64,000 nt of DNA, taken from positions 1,696,001 through 1,760,000 of the forward strand of contig OZ252100.1 of the NCBI GenBank assembly GCA_965248435.1. The letters run 5' to 3'. Source of the stretch: Candidatus Latescibacterota bacterium. Its GTDB lineage: Bacteria; Latescibacterota; UBA2968; GCA-2709665. The position numbers and the translations under genes were made by a program. Positions 40,143-49,030 of this stretch are shown here, in pieces. Position 1 is the stretch's first letter; every line of letters starts with the position of its first letter. The notes below the pieces were generated by a model. That model had not been told where the DNA came from, searched no databases, and saw only the letters and a program-made list of their open reading frames with translations.

Positions 40143-40922
40143 ATGAAAACACTTCTCAAAAATACAATCGCCGGTGTGTTCGGTACTCTCGGATACGATT
40201 TACACGTAGCACGCAAAAATGGATCAAAAGACTGGGAGGTCTTCGATAAGTTCATTCTCTCCTCCTACTACAACAAGAACAAAATACGTGAAGCCTACAG
40301 TAAATCTCTCGAGCGCACCGGCATGGAGTGGTCTGACAATTTCTCCAAGCAATGCCGACATTACATCCTACATCAAATGGCCCAGCACGCCATTTCCAAC
40401 AAAGGTGACTTTGCAGAGTGTGGCTGCTGGAAAGGACAATCTGCCTACCTGATCGCGAGTATTCTCGAAGAGAACGAATTCGAAGGTGAGTTCCACATCT
40501 TCGATTCGTTCGAGGGATTGTCAGATCTGTCCTCGGATGATGGAAACGAAAGGCGGAAACTTACTCGGGTGGGAATGGAAGCGCAGAGGAAATGGTTCGA
40601 TTCGACGGAGGAGGAAGTCTCCAAGAACCTCTCTGAATTCGAATTCGTGACTCTCTACAAGGGCTGGATCCCGGATAGATTTTCAGAGGTTCGTGAGAAG
40701 ACATTCTCGTTTGTACATCTCGATGTAGACCTCTACCAACCCTATGTCGATTCCCTTAAATTCTTCTATCCCAGGTTGGTAGACGGCGGCGTCATCTGTT
40801 TGGACGATTATGGCCTCACCCAATTTCCTGGGGCGAAAGCGGCCCTTGAAGAGTTCCTTCGTGACAAGACTTATAACCTATTTCTTGAAATGCCGACGGG
40901 TGGCGCATTTCTCATCAAGTGA
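40143..40922 (+). CDS. TylF/MycF/NovP-family sugar O-methyltransferase
   Basis: GDFAECGCWKG, FDSFEG, KGW, HLDVDLY, GGVICLDDY. Confidence 0.92.
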   Translation: MKTLLKNTIAGVFGTLGYDLHVARKNGSKDWEVFDKFILSSYYNKNKIREAYSKSLERTGMEWSDNFSKQCRHYILHQMAQHAISNKGDFAECGCWKGQSAYLIASILEENEFEGEFHIFDSFEGLSDLSSDDGNERRKLTRVGMEAQRKWFDSTEEEVSKNLSEFEFVTLYKGWIPDRFSEVREKTFSFVHLDVDLYQPYVDSLKFFYPRLVDGGVICLDDYGLTQFPGAKAALEEFLRDKTYNLFLEMPTGGAFLIK

Positions 40923-40987
40923 CGTGGAATCGCGATGAAATCTGATCGCCTTCACAAACGCAATGAAGATCCGAAAGAGGAAACGCA

Positions 40988-42100
40988 ATGAATCTTGACT
41001 TTCTGCAGATCGGATTCCAAAAGTGTGCGACGACCTTTCTCGAAAACAACGTCTATCCCTACAATCCTGGCATTCACTGCATTCAAGCCGCGAACAATGT
41101 TGATCTGGAACGCTCTCTCCTGAGAAGCCTGATACTTCCTGATGGATTGGAGTTCAGCCAAAAACTCGCAAACGATTCCATTTCAAAAACTTGTAGTAAT
41201 TTGTTTAGCGATGAAACAGTAAATGGAATCATGTTCGAGTCATTCACATTTTCGTATCAGCGCAGGTTTGACCGTAAGAGTGTGATTGATAGGATAAACG
41301 ATACGTTTCCAGGCGTTAAGGTTATAACCTTCGTCAGAAATCAGAAAACATGGCTCTTAAGTCATTACTCTCAGTATGTGAAATCAGGCGGATTGTTATC
41401 GCTGCACGATTTCATCGAATGTTTCATTTCTAATCCATACATGGAAAGCCACCACATTGACTGGTATCCGTTAATCTCGTACCTACACGAAGTATTCGGT
41501 AAAGAGAGAGTTTTAGTCTGCCTCTATGAGGACTTGAAGGGTTCTCCGCAGGATGTTGCAGACCAGATCTTTTCATTCTTGGGTGTGCAATCTACAAAGA
41601 TAAATCCAGACGTTGTCAACCCATCCTTGAGCCGTTACGGTTTGGGACTGAAGAGAATGCTGAATCACTTTCTAAGGTCTGACAATGGGGAATCTAGTTA
41701 CACCTTCAGAAGGGATCCCTACGAATCCCAGCCATCCTTCTACTCCAGGCTTAAACACAAAGTGATCTATAAAGCCTACAAACCAATCACGCATAGAATG
41801 TGTTACAAATTTGACCAAGTGCTTAGGTTGCGCAAGAAGGTAGAATTGAACGATACTCAAATTCAGAGAATATATGACAGGTACTCGGAGAGTAATGAAA
41901 AGTTGTCTAAACTGCTGAATGTTGATTTGTCTGGATATGGGTATCCACTTCCTAGAAGTCAAGCCCCAGAAGTGCCAGGTCAGCGTAACGTCGCGGCTCC
42001 GATTCAGTCGGAAGCTGTCGGTTTAGTGCCAAGATTGCTGAACAAAGGATTTCAGTTCGAATCGGCCGATGAAGTCGTCCAGCTCCTTCAGAGCGATTGA
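40988..42100 (+). CDS. PAPS-dependent sulfotransferase family protein
   Basis: 5'-PSB-like IGFQKCATT, 3'-PB-like VRNQ...SHY, LYEDL, FLGV; AT-rich. Confidence 0.8.
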   Translation: MNLDFLQIGFQKCATTFLENNVYPYNPGIHCIQAANNVDLERSLLRSLILPDGLEFSQKLANDSISKTCSNLFSDETVNGIMFESFTFSYQRRFDRKSVIDRINDTFPGVKVITFVRNQKTWLLSHYSQYVKSGGLLSLHDFIECFISNPYMESHHIDWYPLISYLHEVFGKERVLVCLYEDLKGSPQDVADQIFSFLGVQSTKINPDVVNPSLSRYGLGLKRMLNHFLRSDNGESSYTFRRDPYESQPSFYSRLKHKVIYKAYKPITHRMCYKFDQVLRLRKKVELNDTQIQRIYDRYSESNEKLSKLLNVDLSGYGYPLPRSQAPEVPGQRNVAAPIQSEAVGLVPRLLNKGFQFESADEVVQLLQSD

Positions 42101-42270
42101 CCAGCCTTGAGGCCTCATCCTCCTACATGCCGCTCAAGAAGGCTTGTGGCCCCTCTCTAGCACTACCTATCTATTCTAGAAAGACCCCAGATCCTCCGCA
42201 AGGGGGAAATGCCTTAGGCGTGCGTTCCTGTCCTGCATGCCAACGCGTGCCGGTCCCCTCGCGTTTTCAT

Positions 42271-42471
42271 CAGAATTTTCCTGAGGTGGAAAAATCTTCC
42301 TGAAATCGCCCCAGCGTCTCCTTGCTGTCCCCATCCGTCGTCCCCCTGACCCCGCCTGGCCACAGACTCAGCTCCCATTTCGTTCTGATGTACAAAATGT
42401 GGCATAAATCTTGCAATATAACCACCTTAGAGCATTGTCAGAACTAAACGTTTTAGGAAGCCGGCCGATAT
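42271..42471 (+). promoter_or_regulatory. Cassette 4: enhancer palindrome, sigma54 promoter, sigma28 promoter
   Basis: GGAAAAATCTTCC 42288-42300; TGGCATAAATCTTGCA 42400-42415; TAAA-N15-GCCGATAT 42445-42471. Confidence 0.85.
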
Positions 42472-42595
42472 AAGAAATAGCAGACGTAAGTCTATATCCC
42501 ACACGAACTCAAGCCCCTTAGATGGTCGCGCCATCCCACAACGGTCGTTTTTCCGCTCTTCCCAGAAGTCTTGAAGACCCGTCTCACATTCTACC
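42396..42595 (+). repeat. Diverged direct repeat, copy B (promoter plus leader)
   Basis: Aligns by eye with 34571-34757. Confidence 0.85.
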
Positions 42596-42658
42596 AGCTG
42601 TGCAAGTCAGAAAACCATCCGCTCACCGTAGTTGATGAAGTGAACACGGAGCTGCCCT

Positions 42659-44140
42659 ATGAGTCCCGCCATTCGGTCTGAAATCAAAGCTATCCATCCA
42701 TCCGAATTTCCGTATCCCTACCCTTCAAAGGATCCAGCCGGGCGAATCGCTCGCTACGATGAACTGGCCGAACGACGCGACGCGTTCCGGCGGCGCAACG
42801 CGTATTACCACTCGGAAATGGAAAAGGCATACCGGTTCGTCGTTCCAGAGGGTGCGTCCGTTCTTGAGATCGGTTGCGCGACCGGTGATCTCTTGGCAGC
42901 CATGAAGCCCCGTCGGGGTGTCGGAATCGACTTCAGCCCACGGATGCTGGAAGTTGCCAGTTCAAGGTATCCCCACCTCGAATTCCTGGAAATGGATGCG
43001 GGGTCGCTCCTGCCGGCCGAGACGTTCGACTACGTGATCATCTCCGGCCTCCTCGGAGATTTGGACGATATTCAACTCTTCTTCCAGCGACTGCGCCAAG
43101 TTACACGTCCCGAAACCCGAATCATTATCGACTACTACAACCATCTGTGGGAACCGATCGTGCGTCTGGCGGAATTCGTGGGTCTCAAAATGCCCCTGCG
43201 CTACCAAAACTGGCTACCCCTGAGTGACATTGAGAATCTGCTCTATCTGAACGACTATGAGGTTGTGAGAAAGTCACATCGCCTCCTCCTCCCAAAGCGA
43301 ATTCCCCCTTTCACGACGCTATTCAACCGGTTCCTTGCGAAATTGCCGGGTCTCAGAAAACTCTGTCTTGTCACGATGTTGGTGTCGAAGGAGCGAGGAT
43401 GGCTCCAAAATCCAGACGAGTTCACGTGCACTGTTCTTATCCCCTGCCGAAACGAGCGAGGAAATATACACGACGCCGTCAGGCGTACTCCGACCATGGG
43501 AGCCCACACCGAGCTCATTTTCGTAGATGGAAACTCCCAGGACGGGACGCCTGAAGAGATCAACAAAGTCGCGTCGAAGTACCCCGAAAAAGACATCAAA
43601 CTGATTCATCAGGGTGACGGTGTTGGCAAGGGTGATGCGGTTCGAAAAGGTTTTGCAGCTGCCTCCGGAGATGTGTTGATGATCCTGGACGCCGATCTCA
43701 CCGTACAGCCGGAGGATCTTCCAAAGTTCTTTAACGCACTACTGGAAGGCAAAGGGGAATTCATCAACGGCACTCGGCTCGTCTACCAGATGGAAAAACA
43801 GGCGATGCGATTCCTCAATTTGCTCGGAAACAGGTTTTTCGGCGCAGCTTTTACGTGGCTGTTGGACCAGCGCCTGAGAGACACTCTATGTGGTACGAAG
43901 GTGCTGTTCAAGAGGGATTATGAGAAGATCGCCAGAGACAGGGCCTTTTTTGGAGACTTCGATCCCTTTGGAGACTTCGATCTTTTGTTCGGAGCGGCGA
44001 AGCAGCATTTGAAAATCACCGAAGTTCCAATCCGCTACAAGGAGCGGACCTACGGTAGGACCAATATCAGCCGATTCAGCCACGGCTGGCTGTTGCTCAA
44101 GATGTGTGGCGTGGCTATGAGGAAGTTGAAATTTGTCTAA
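42659..44140 (+). CDS. Fused class I methyltransferase / GT2 (DPM-synthase-like) glycosyltransferase
   Basis: N-terminal LEIGCATG; C-terminal IPCRNE, VDGNSQD, GKGDA, LDADL, DTLCGTK. Confidence 0.9.
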   Translation: MSPAIRSEIKAIHPSEFPYPYPSKDPAGRIARYDELAERRDAFRRRNAYYHSEMEKAYRFVVPEGASVLEIGCATGDLLAAMKPRRGVGIDFSPRMLEVASSRYPHLEFLEMDAGSLLPAETFDYVIISGLLGDLDDIQLFFQRLRQVTRPETRIIIDYYNHLWEPIVRLAEFVGLKMPLRYQNWLPLSDIENLLYLNDYEVVRKSHRLLLPKRIPPFTTLFNRFLAKLPGLRKLCLVTMLVSKERGWLQNPDEFTCTVLIPCRNERGNIHDAVRRTPTMGAHTELIFVDGNSQDGTPEEINKVASKYPEKDIKLIHQGDGVGKGDAVRKGFAAASGDVLMILDADLTVQPEDLPKFFNALLEGKGEFINGTRLVYQMEKQAMRFLNLLGNRFFGAAFTWLLDQRLRDTLCGTKVLFKRDYEKIARDRAFFGDFDPFGDFDLLFGAAKQHLKITEVPIRYKERTYGRTNISRFSHGWLLLKMCGVAMRKLKFV

Positions 44141-44897
44141 CGCAACCATGGACATCTCAGGCCCTCGTCGGCCTGCCAGGTACTCAGGGGAAATTCGACA
44201 CGGCGAAGCCATCGCTGACCGTGCGGATGAAATTTGGGGTTGGGACCTGCCCACTGGACCCGCTCGATTGCAGCGAAGATCAGCCCTTCTGGTCCACCAC
44301 GCCGACATCAACCCGAACAAGAGGGTCCTGGAATTGGGATGCGGCACGGGATGCCTGACGAAATTCCTGGCCAAAACTGGCGCGAGAATCATCGCCCTCG
44401 ATCTTTCTCCTGATCTTCTGATCAAGGCAGAGACCAAGGAACTACCCCAGAACGTTTCGCTCCAGATCGGCAATGCAGAAGCGCTCGATTTTTCAAACGA
44501 GACCTTCGATGCCGTGGTGGGAAGCTCCGTACTGCATCACGTCCATACCGACATCGCGCTCGACGAAATTTATCGGGTACTTCGACCTGGGGGTAGAATC
44601 GCATTTTCAGAGCCAAACATGTTTAATCCTCACATCTTCATTCAAAAGAACATCCCGTGGATCAAGAGACTGTCTGGAGACTCTCCCGACGAGACGGCTT
44701 TTTTCAGGTGGCCGCTATTCAAGATGCTTCAACGAATCGGGTTTGACGACATCAGAGTCTCTCCCTACGACTTTCTCCATCCCCTTCTACCGAAGTTTCT
44801 CATCTCTCCTTTTGCGAGCCTTGGTATGAAATTGGAGCGACTACCGCTACTACGGGAGATTGCCGGTTCGCTCATCATAGGGGCGTTAAAAACTTGA
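44133..44897 (+). CDS. Class I SAM methyltransferase
   Basis: LELGCGTG, DLS, VLHH, LRPGG. Confidence 0.9.
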   Translation: MSNATMDISGPRRPARYSGEIRHGEAIADRADEIWGWDLPTGPARLQRRSALLVHHADINPNKRVLELGCGTGCLTKFLAKTGARIIALDLSPDLLIKAETKELPQNVSLQIGNAEALDFSNETFDAVVGSSVLHHVHTDIALDEIYRVLRPGGRIAFSEPNMFNPHIFIQKNIPWIKRLSGDSPDETAFFRWPLFKMLQRIGFDDIRVSPYDFLHPLLPKFLISPFASLGMKLERLPLLREIAGSLIIGALKT

Positions 44898-46624
44898 AGA
44901 TGGAATCAACGCACGAATCTTCAGAAATTCACGGTTCTCCGATCGCTGGAGCCAAATGGTCCAGATACCTCCTTGCCGCGTTGCTGGTTCTGGCTGCGTG
45001 CGTCAGGTTCTACAACCTGGACGAAAGAGGGATCTTTGACTACGATGAAGCCTGGTATCTTCTGGAAGCCAAGACGCTCTATAACACTTTAGAGTTCGCG
45101 TGGGAAGGGGTGACAACAACAAGTGGCCCCAGGCCGGAACTGAAAGATTACTTAAGGGAGCGTGGAACAGTCCCCATTACATCCTTCAAACCCGGACACA
45201 CCCTGCTCATACTGTTGAGCTTCTTTCTACTTGGTCCACACGACTATTCGGGTTTTGCTGTCTCAGCAACCCTTGGGGTCTTAACGGTTTATCTGGTTTC
45301 CAGGCTGGCGACCAAAATGTTTGGGAGTCGCGTTGGGCTTCTAGCAGGCCTGATCCTGGCGGTTTCTCCGTTCCACGTTGGATACTCGAGAGCAGGGTAC
45401 GCACAGGCCAATTCTATCTTTTTCGCTGTTCTTGCAATTTACATCTGGTACATCCAGTATCGTTCGTCTGTTCCGAAAAATAGGCATCTCTTTGCCGCCG
45501 GCCTATCGTTGGGGTATGCGTTCACCTGTCACTTCAACCTGTTCATATTCCCTCCTCTCTTGCTCCTGTGTGATGTACTTGCTGTCAGAAGAAGATATGT
45601 AATACAACTCAAGAGACTCAGTATTCTAGCGATGGGCTTGGTGCTGCCCCTCCTCCTCTTCGAATTGCCAGCACGTCTACTACGACTTCTCGATCGTCTT
45701 CCCTCAGGTCAGCTTACTTATTTTGAGCAGTATTCGTACAGAAGCCAACTATCCCGACACCTACGTTTCTCACTCGAAGGCGCATATGCCTTTCTAGAGA
45801 AACTCTATTTGTCTGAAGGTCTCTTGCTCATTGCCGCAATAACGTTCGCACTGATATTAGGGGCTTACCGATTCCGTCATAGTTTCGAGCACAGATTCAT
45901 TATCAGTCTCCTTCTCGTGCCCGCACTTCCATGGTGCATACTATCGTGCGGGCTACCTCCCCTTTATAGAACCTTCGCAGTTACAAGCCCGGCATTGTCC
46001 ATCCTGGCAGCAGTAGGTCTCTTGCGGATCGTGACACACACGGAAAGGCTTCCAGGTATGTATCGCCTCGTCTTTCCATTGACTTGCGTCTTTGTCTTGT
46101 CGAACGGCCTATACAACCTCAAAGAACTGTTGCCTTTAAAGTCAACTTACAGAGAGGCAACCCACGCGTGGCTCAACTATATAGAAAAGAACGGAGGCCG
46201 TATCTCTTTTCTTCCTGGAAGTGTCTGGCCCATCTGGTATTTCTATCTTTCTACGCTAGCTGAAGATGCCGATGAGGTGGTGGACTTTTATCCCGGAGAG
46301 GAAGACGGTATGCCACCTGAAGGCGATTTCGATGCTCTGGACATAAAACGCTATCAGCGCGCTCTAAAAATTCGGCCAGACCTATTGGCCTATCTCAATC
46401 GAACCCGGGCCAGTTATCGACCGGTTGTACGAATTTTCAATCCCATCTCTGAAAAGCAATTTGCCTTCTCTGAGGTAGGTGGAAAGCAAGCAAAGAAATT
46501 CCGCGATGATCTGAATCAGATTTCAGCTTCAAAAACCATTGAGATCTATGATCTACGCTCCGAACACAGCAAGCAAGGTGTGGTTTCAATGCCAAACTCC
46601 GGAACCAAAAGGGGATATCAATGA
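44894..46624 (+). CDS. Multi-TM GT-C glycosyltransferase (ArnT/PMT-like)
   Basis: RFYNL...DYDEAWY, KPG, LAVSPFHVGYSR, multiple TM segments. Confidence 0.8.
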   Translation: MKMESTHESSEIHGSPIAGAKWSRYLLAALLVLAACVRFYNLDERGIFDYDEAWYLLEAKTLYNTLEFAWEGVTTTSGPRPELKDYLRERGTVPITSFKPGHTLLILLSFFLLGPHDYSGFAVSATLGVLTVYLVSRLATKMFGSRVGLLAGLILAVSPFHVGYSRAGYAQANSIFFAVLAIYIWYIQYRSSVPKNRHLFAAGLSLGYAFTCHFNLFIFPPLLLLCDVLAVRRRYVIQLKRLSILAMGLVLPLLLFELPARLLRLLDRLPSGQLTYFEQYSYRSQLSRHLRFSLEGAYAFLEKLYLSEGLLLIAAITFALILGAYRFRHSFEHRFIISLLLVPALPWCILSCGLPPLYRTFAVTSPALSILAAVGLLRIVTHTERLPGMYRLVFPLTCVFVLSNGLYNLKELLPLKSTYREATHAWLNYIEKNGGRISFLPGSVWPIWYFYLSTLAEDADEVVDFYPGEEDGMPPEGDFDALDIKRYQRALKIRPDLLAYLNRTRASYRPVVRIFNPISEKQFAFSEVGGKQAKKFRDDLNQISASKTIEIYDLRSEHSKQGVVSMPNSGTKRGYQ

Positions 46625-47406
46625 TCGCGGCTTTGCTACTCGGCAGAGAGGGAAGCATAGGATTCCCAGGGAAGAACGTGTATCCGGTCCTTGGGCGGCC
46701 GCTTATGGCCTATCCGCTCCTCGCGGCGCAGGACGCCCACTATGTAGACCGCGTTTACGTGTCTACCGACTCTGAAAGAATCAAGCAGATCAGCCGAAGC
46801 TACGGAGCTCAGATCATCCACCGGCCCCCGCAGCTTTGCACAAAAGACGCGCTTTCGGAAGATGCCTACACCCACGGCTACCATCACATTCTTCGTGATT
46901 CTTGTGAAACCGTCGAACTGATGGTCCTCCTTTTCTGCAATGCCCCGACCATAACAGGGGAGCTGATTGACGAGGGTGTCGAGGCCCTTCGAGTCAATTC
47001 CGAGATAGACTCCGCGGTCTCTGTTTCTTGCTACAACATGTGGAGCCCCCTCCGCGCAAGGAAGCTTGGGGAGGATGGCCTGCTCCATCCATTCGTGCCC
47101 TTTGAGTCCATCGGGGATCCCTCGAAACTCAACTGCGACCGAAATTCCCAGGGAGACGTATACTTTGCGGACATGGGCGTATCTATCGTCCGCCCCTACT
47201 GTCTTGAGAATCACCGTGATGGCCTCCTCCCCCAAAAGTGGATGGGACACCGGATCTTTCCACTGAAACAGTGGGGAGGACTCGATGTAGACTCCGAATG
47301 GCAGATACCCATGGTCGAATACTGGCTCAAAGCCCACGGTGTCGAATCAGCGGAGGAGGACGACTCTATTATGACTCGCCAACTCCTCCAAACGCAGCTG
47401 CCTTAG
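46621..47406 (+). CDS. CMP-ulosonate synthetase (NeuA-family cytidylyltransferase)
   Basis: GREGSIGFPGKN, VSTDS, RP, LDVDSEW. Confidence 0.82.
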   Translation: MIAALLLGREGSIGFPGKNVYPVLGRPLMAYPLLAAQDAHYVDRVYVSTDSERIKQISRSYGAQIIHRPPQLCTKDALSEDAYTHGYHHILRDSCETVELMVLLFCNAPTITGELIDEGVEALRVNSEIDSAVSVSCYNMWSPLRARKLGEDGLLHPFVPFESIGDPSKLNCDRNSQGDVYFADMGVSIVRPYCLENHRDGLLPQKWMGHRIFPLKQWGGLDVDSEWQIPMVEYWLKAHGVESAEEDDSIMTRQLLQTQLP

Positions 47407-47422
47407 CTTCGGTGCACGTACA

Positions 47423-48565
47423 ATGAGAATTCTGATGCTCAATCACGAATTCCCGCCTGTTGGGGGAGGTGCTGCGGGTGCCACCTCCAACATCGCCCGT
47501 GAATTGGCTGTGCTGGGCACAGGGGTTACCGTGATGACGACCGCCTACAACGGCCTCCCCCGGATGGAGGTCGTGGACGGTTACTCGGTCATTCGAGTGC
47601 CCGCCTGGCGGAGGGAGGCAAGCGAATCACATCCCCACGAGATTGCCTCCTACCTGACGAGTGCGTTCTGGAAGGCCTTTCCACGTTGCTTCCGATCGGA
47701 AAGTGACCTGGTCCACGCATTTTTCGGCGTTCCGTCGGGGGCCATAGGATATGCGCTCAAACGGCTGACTGGTTTCCCATACGTTGTCTCGTTCCGGGGT
47801 CGAGACGTCCACAACGGCAAGGGGCGTGATTCCAACGGCATCTCAGGTCCCCTCCGGGCCATAAGTAAGATCATCTGGCGACACGCTGATGCCCTTGTCG
47901 CGAACAGCCAGGGCTTGAAACAAATCGCCCTTCGTGTCGACCCTGGCATAGACGTTGATGTCATCCCCAATGGCGTCGACACAACCTGGTTCACACCAGG
48001 TCCTTCTGCCCACTCGGACCGCCCCCTGCGTCTCCTCTTTGTCGGTCGGCTGGAATCCTACAAGGGGCTTACCGACCTCTTCGAAGCTCTCCGGATCGTT
48101 GGCACTCGGACAAACAGACCCTTCACCCTTCAGGTCGTCGGAGACGGATCTCTTCGAAACAGCTTGGTCGACGCGGCCGTGAAAAGAGGCCTCGCCGATC
48201 GAATCAGTTTCAGGGGTGCAGTCCCGGGAGCTGAAATGCCTGACGTCTACCGGGACGCAGATCTCTTCATCCTCCCATCCATCGTGGAAGGCATGCCGAA
48301 CGCCGTCTTGGAGGCAATGGCCTCAGGGCTGCCGGTGCTTGCCACGCGTATTCCCGGCAGCGAAGATCTGATCGAGGAAGGTCAGACAGGTTTCCTGGTT
48401 CCCCCCGTCGATCCCCAGACCCTGGCAGATAGACTCTATACATTGATAGAAAACGATAAACTCAGGATCAACACGGGTAGGCGTGCCCGCGGCGAGGCCG
48501 AAAACCGGTCCTGGAGGCAAATCGCCAAATCCTACTTCGATCTCTATAAACGCGTCCTAGAATAG
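47423..48565 (+). CDS. GT4 glycosyltransferase
   Basis: EFPPVGGG, IPNGVD, FVGRL..YKG, EGMPNAVLEAMASG. Confidence 0.95.
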   Translation: MRILMLNHEFPPVGGGAAGATSNIARELAVLGTGVTVMTTAYNGLPRMEVVDGYSVIRVPAWRREASESHPHEIASYLTSAFWKAFPRCFRSESDLVHAFFGVPSGAIGYALKRLTGFPYVVSFRGRDVHNGKGRDSNGISGPLRAISKIIWRHADALVANSQGLKQIALRVDPGIDVDVIPNGVDTTWFTPGPSAHSDRPLRLLFVGRLESYKGLTDLFEALRIVGTRTNRPFTLQVVGDGSLRNSLVDAAVKRGLADRISFRGAVPGAEMPDVYRDADLFILPSIVEGMPNAVLEAMASGLPVLATRIPGSEDLIEEGQTGFLVPPVDPQTLADRLYTLIENDKLRINTGRRARGEAENRSWRQIAKSYFDLYKRVLE

Positions 48566-48630
48566 CCCTGACCTCCTCTGGTAGATTCCAAGCGTAGAAT
48601 TCCGTAGCGAAACCACTTGATTGGACAATC

Positions 48631-48758
48631 CGGAAACTTTTTCCGTATCCCGCCCAAAGATTCATATTCAATTGAGTTGGCTGTATTTCTTAACATACTG
48701 TTTTTATTGCCTATTAATGGGATCTGATTCACGGGCCTCAGTAGGTATACGAATTGCT
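48631..48758 (+). promoter_or_regulatory. Cassette 5: enhancer palindrome, AT-rich tract, sigma54 promoter (no clear sigma28 site)
   Basis: CGGAAACTTTTTCCG 48631-48645; AGGTATACGAATTGCT 48743-48758. Confidence 0.65.
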
Positions 48759-49030
48759 GACTCTTCCCATCAAGGCTGCCGGAGTTAAACCCCGCCCCAT
48801 CCCTCGAACCTGCCATCCCGCCCGCGTAGGCCCTCCGGTGAACGCCATTCCCAGCCTTCCAACATCCCCTATAGTCGGCTCGTATTCACACCCTCGAAAG
48901 CGACGAATCCACATTTATTCGGCTTCTTTCGAGCAGATCGTCTGAAAATGTCCCCAACGATGCTGAAAAACTTCGTGCCTAAGCTTGACAGGGTTAATGC
49001 AGAACTTCGAACCTGTTTGAAGGGAAAACT

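Noticed and set aside
46636-47337. 233-aa minus-strand ORF, and the other short minus-strand ORFs
   Set aside because: They lie opposite well-supported plus-strand genes or across promoter cassettes and show no family motifs.
48980-49010. TAAG-N15-GCAGAACT as the sigma28 site of cassette 5
   Set aside because: The -10 match is poor and it is far from the sigma54 site compared with the other cassettes.
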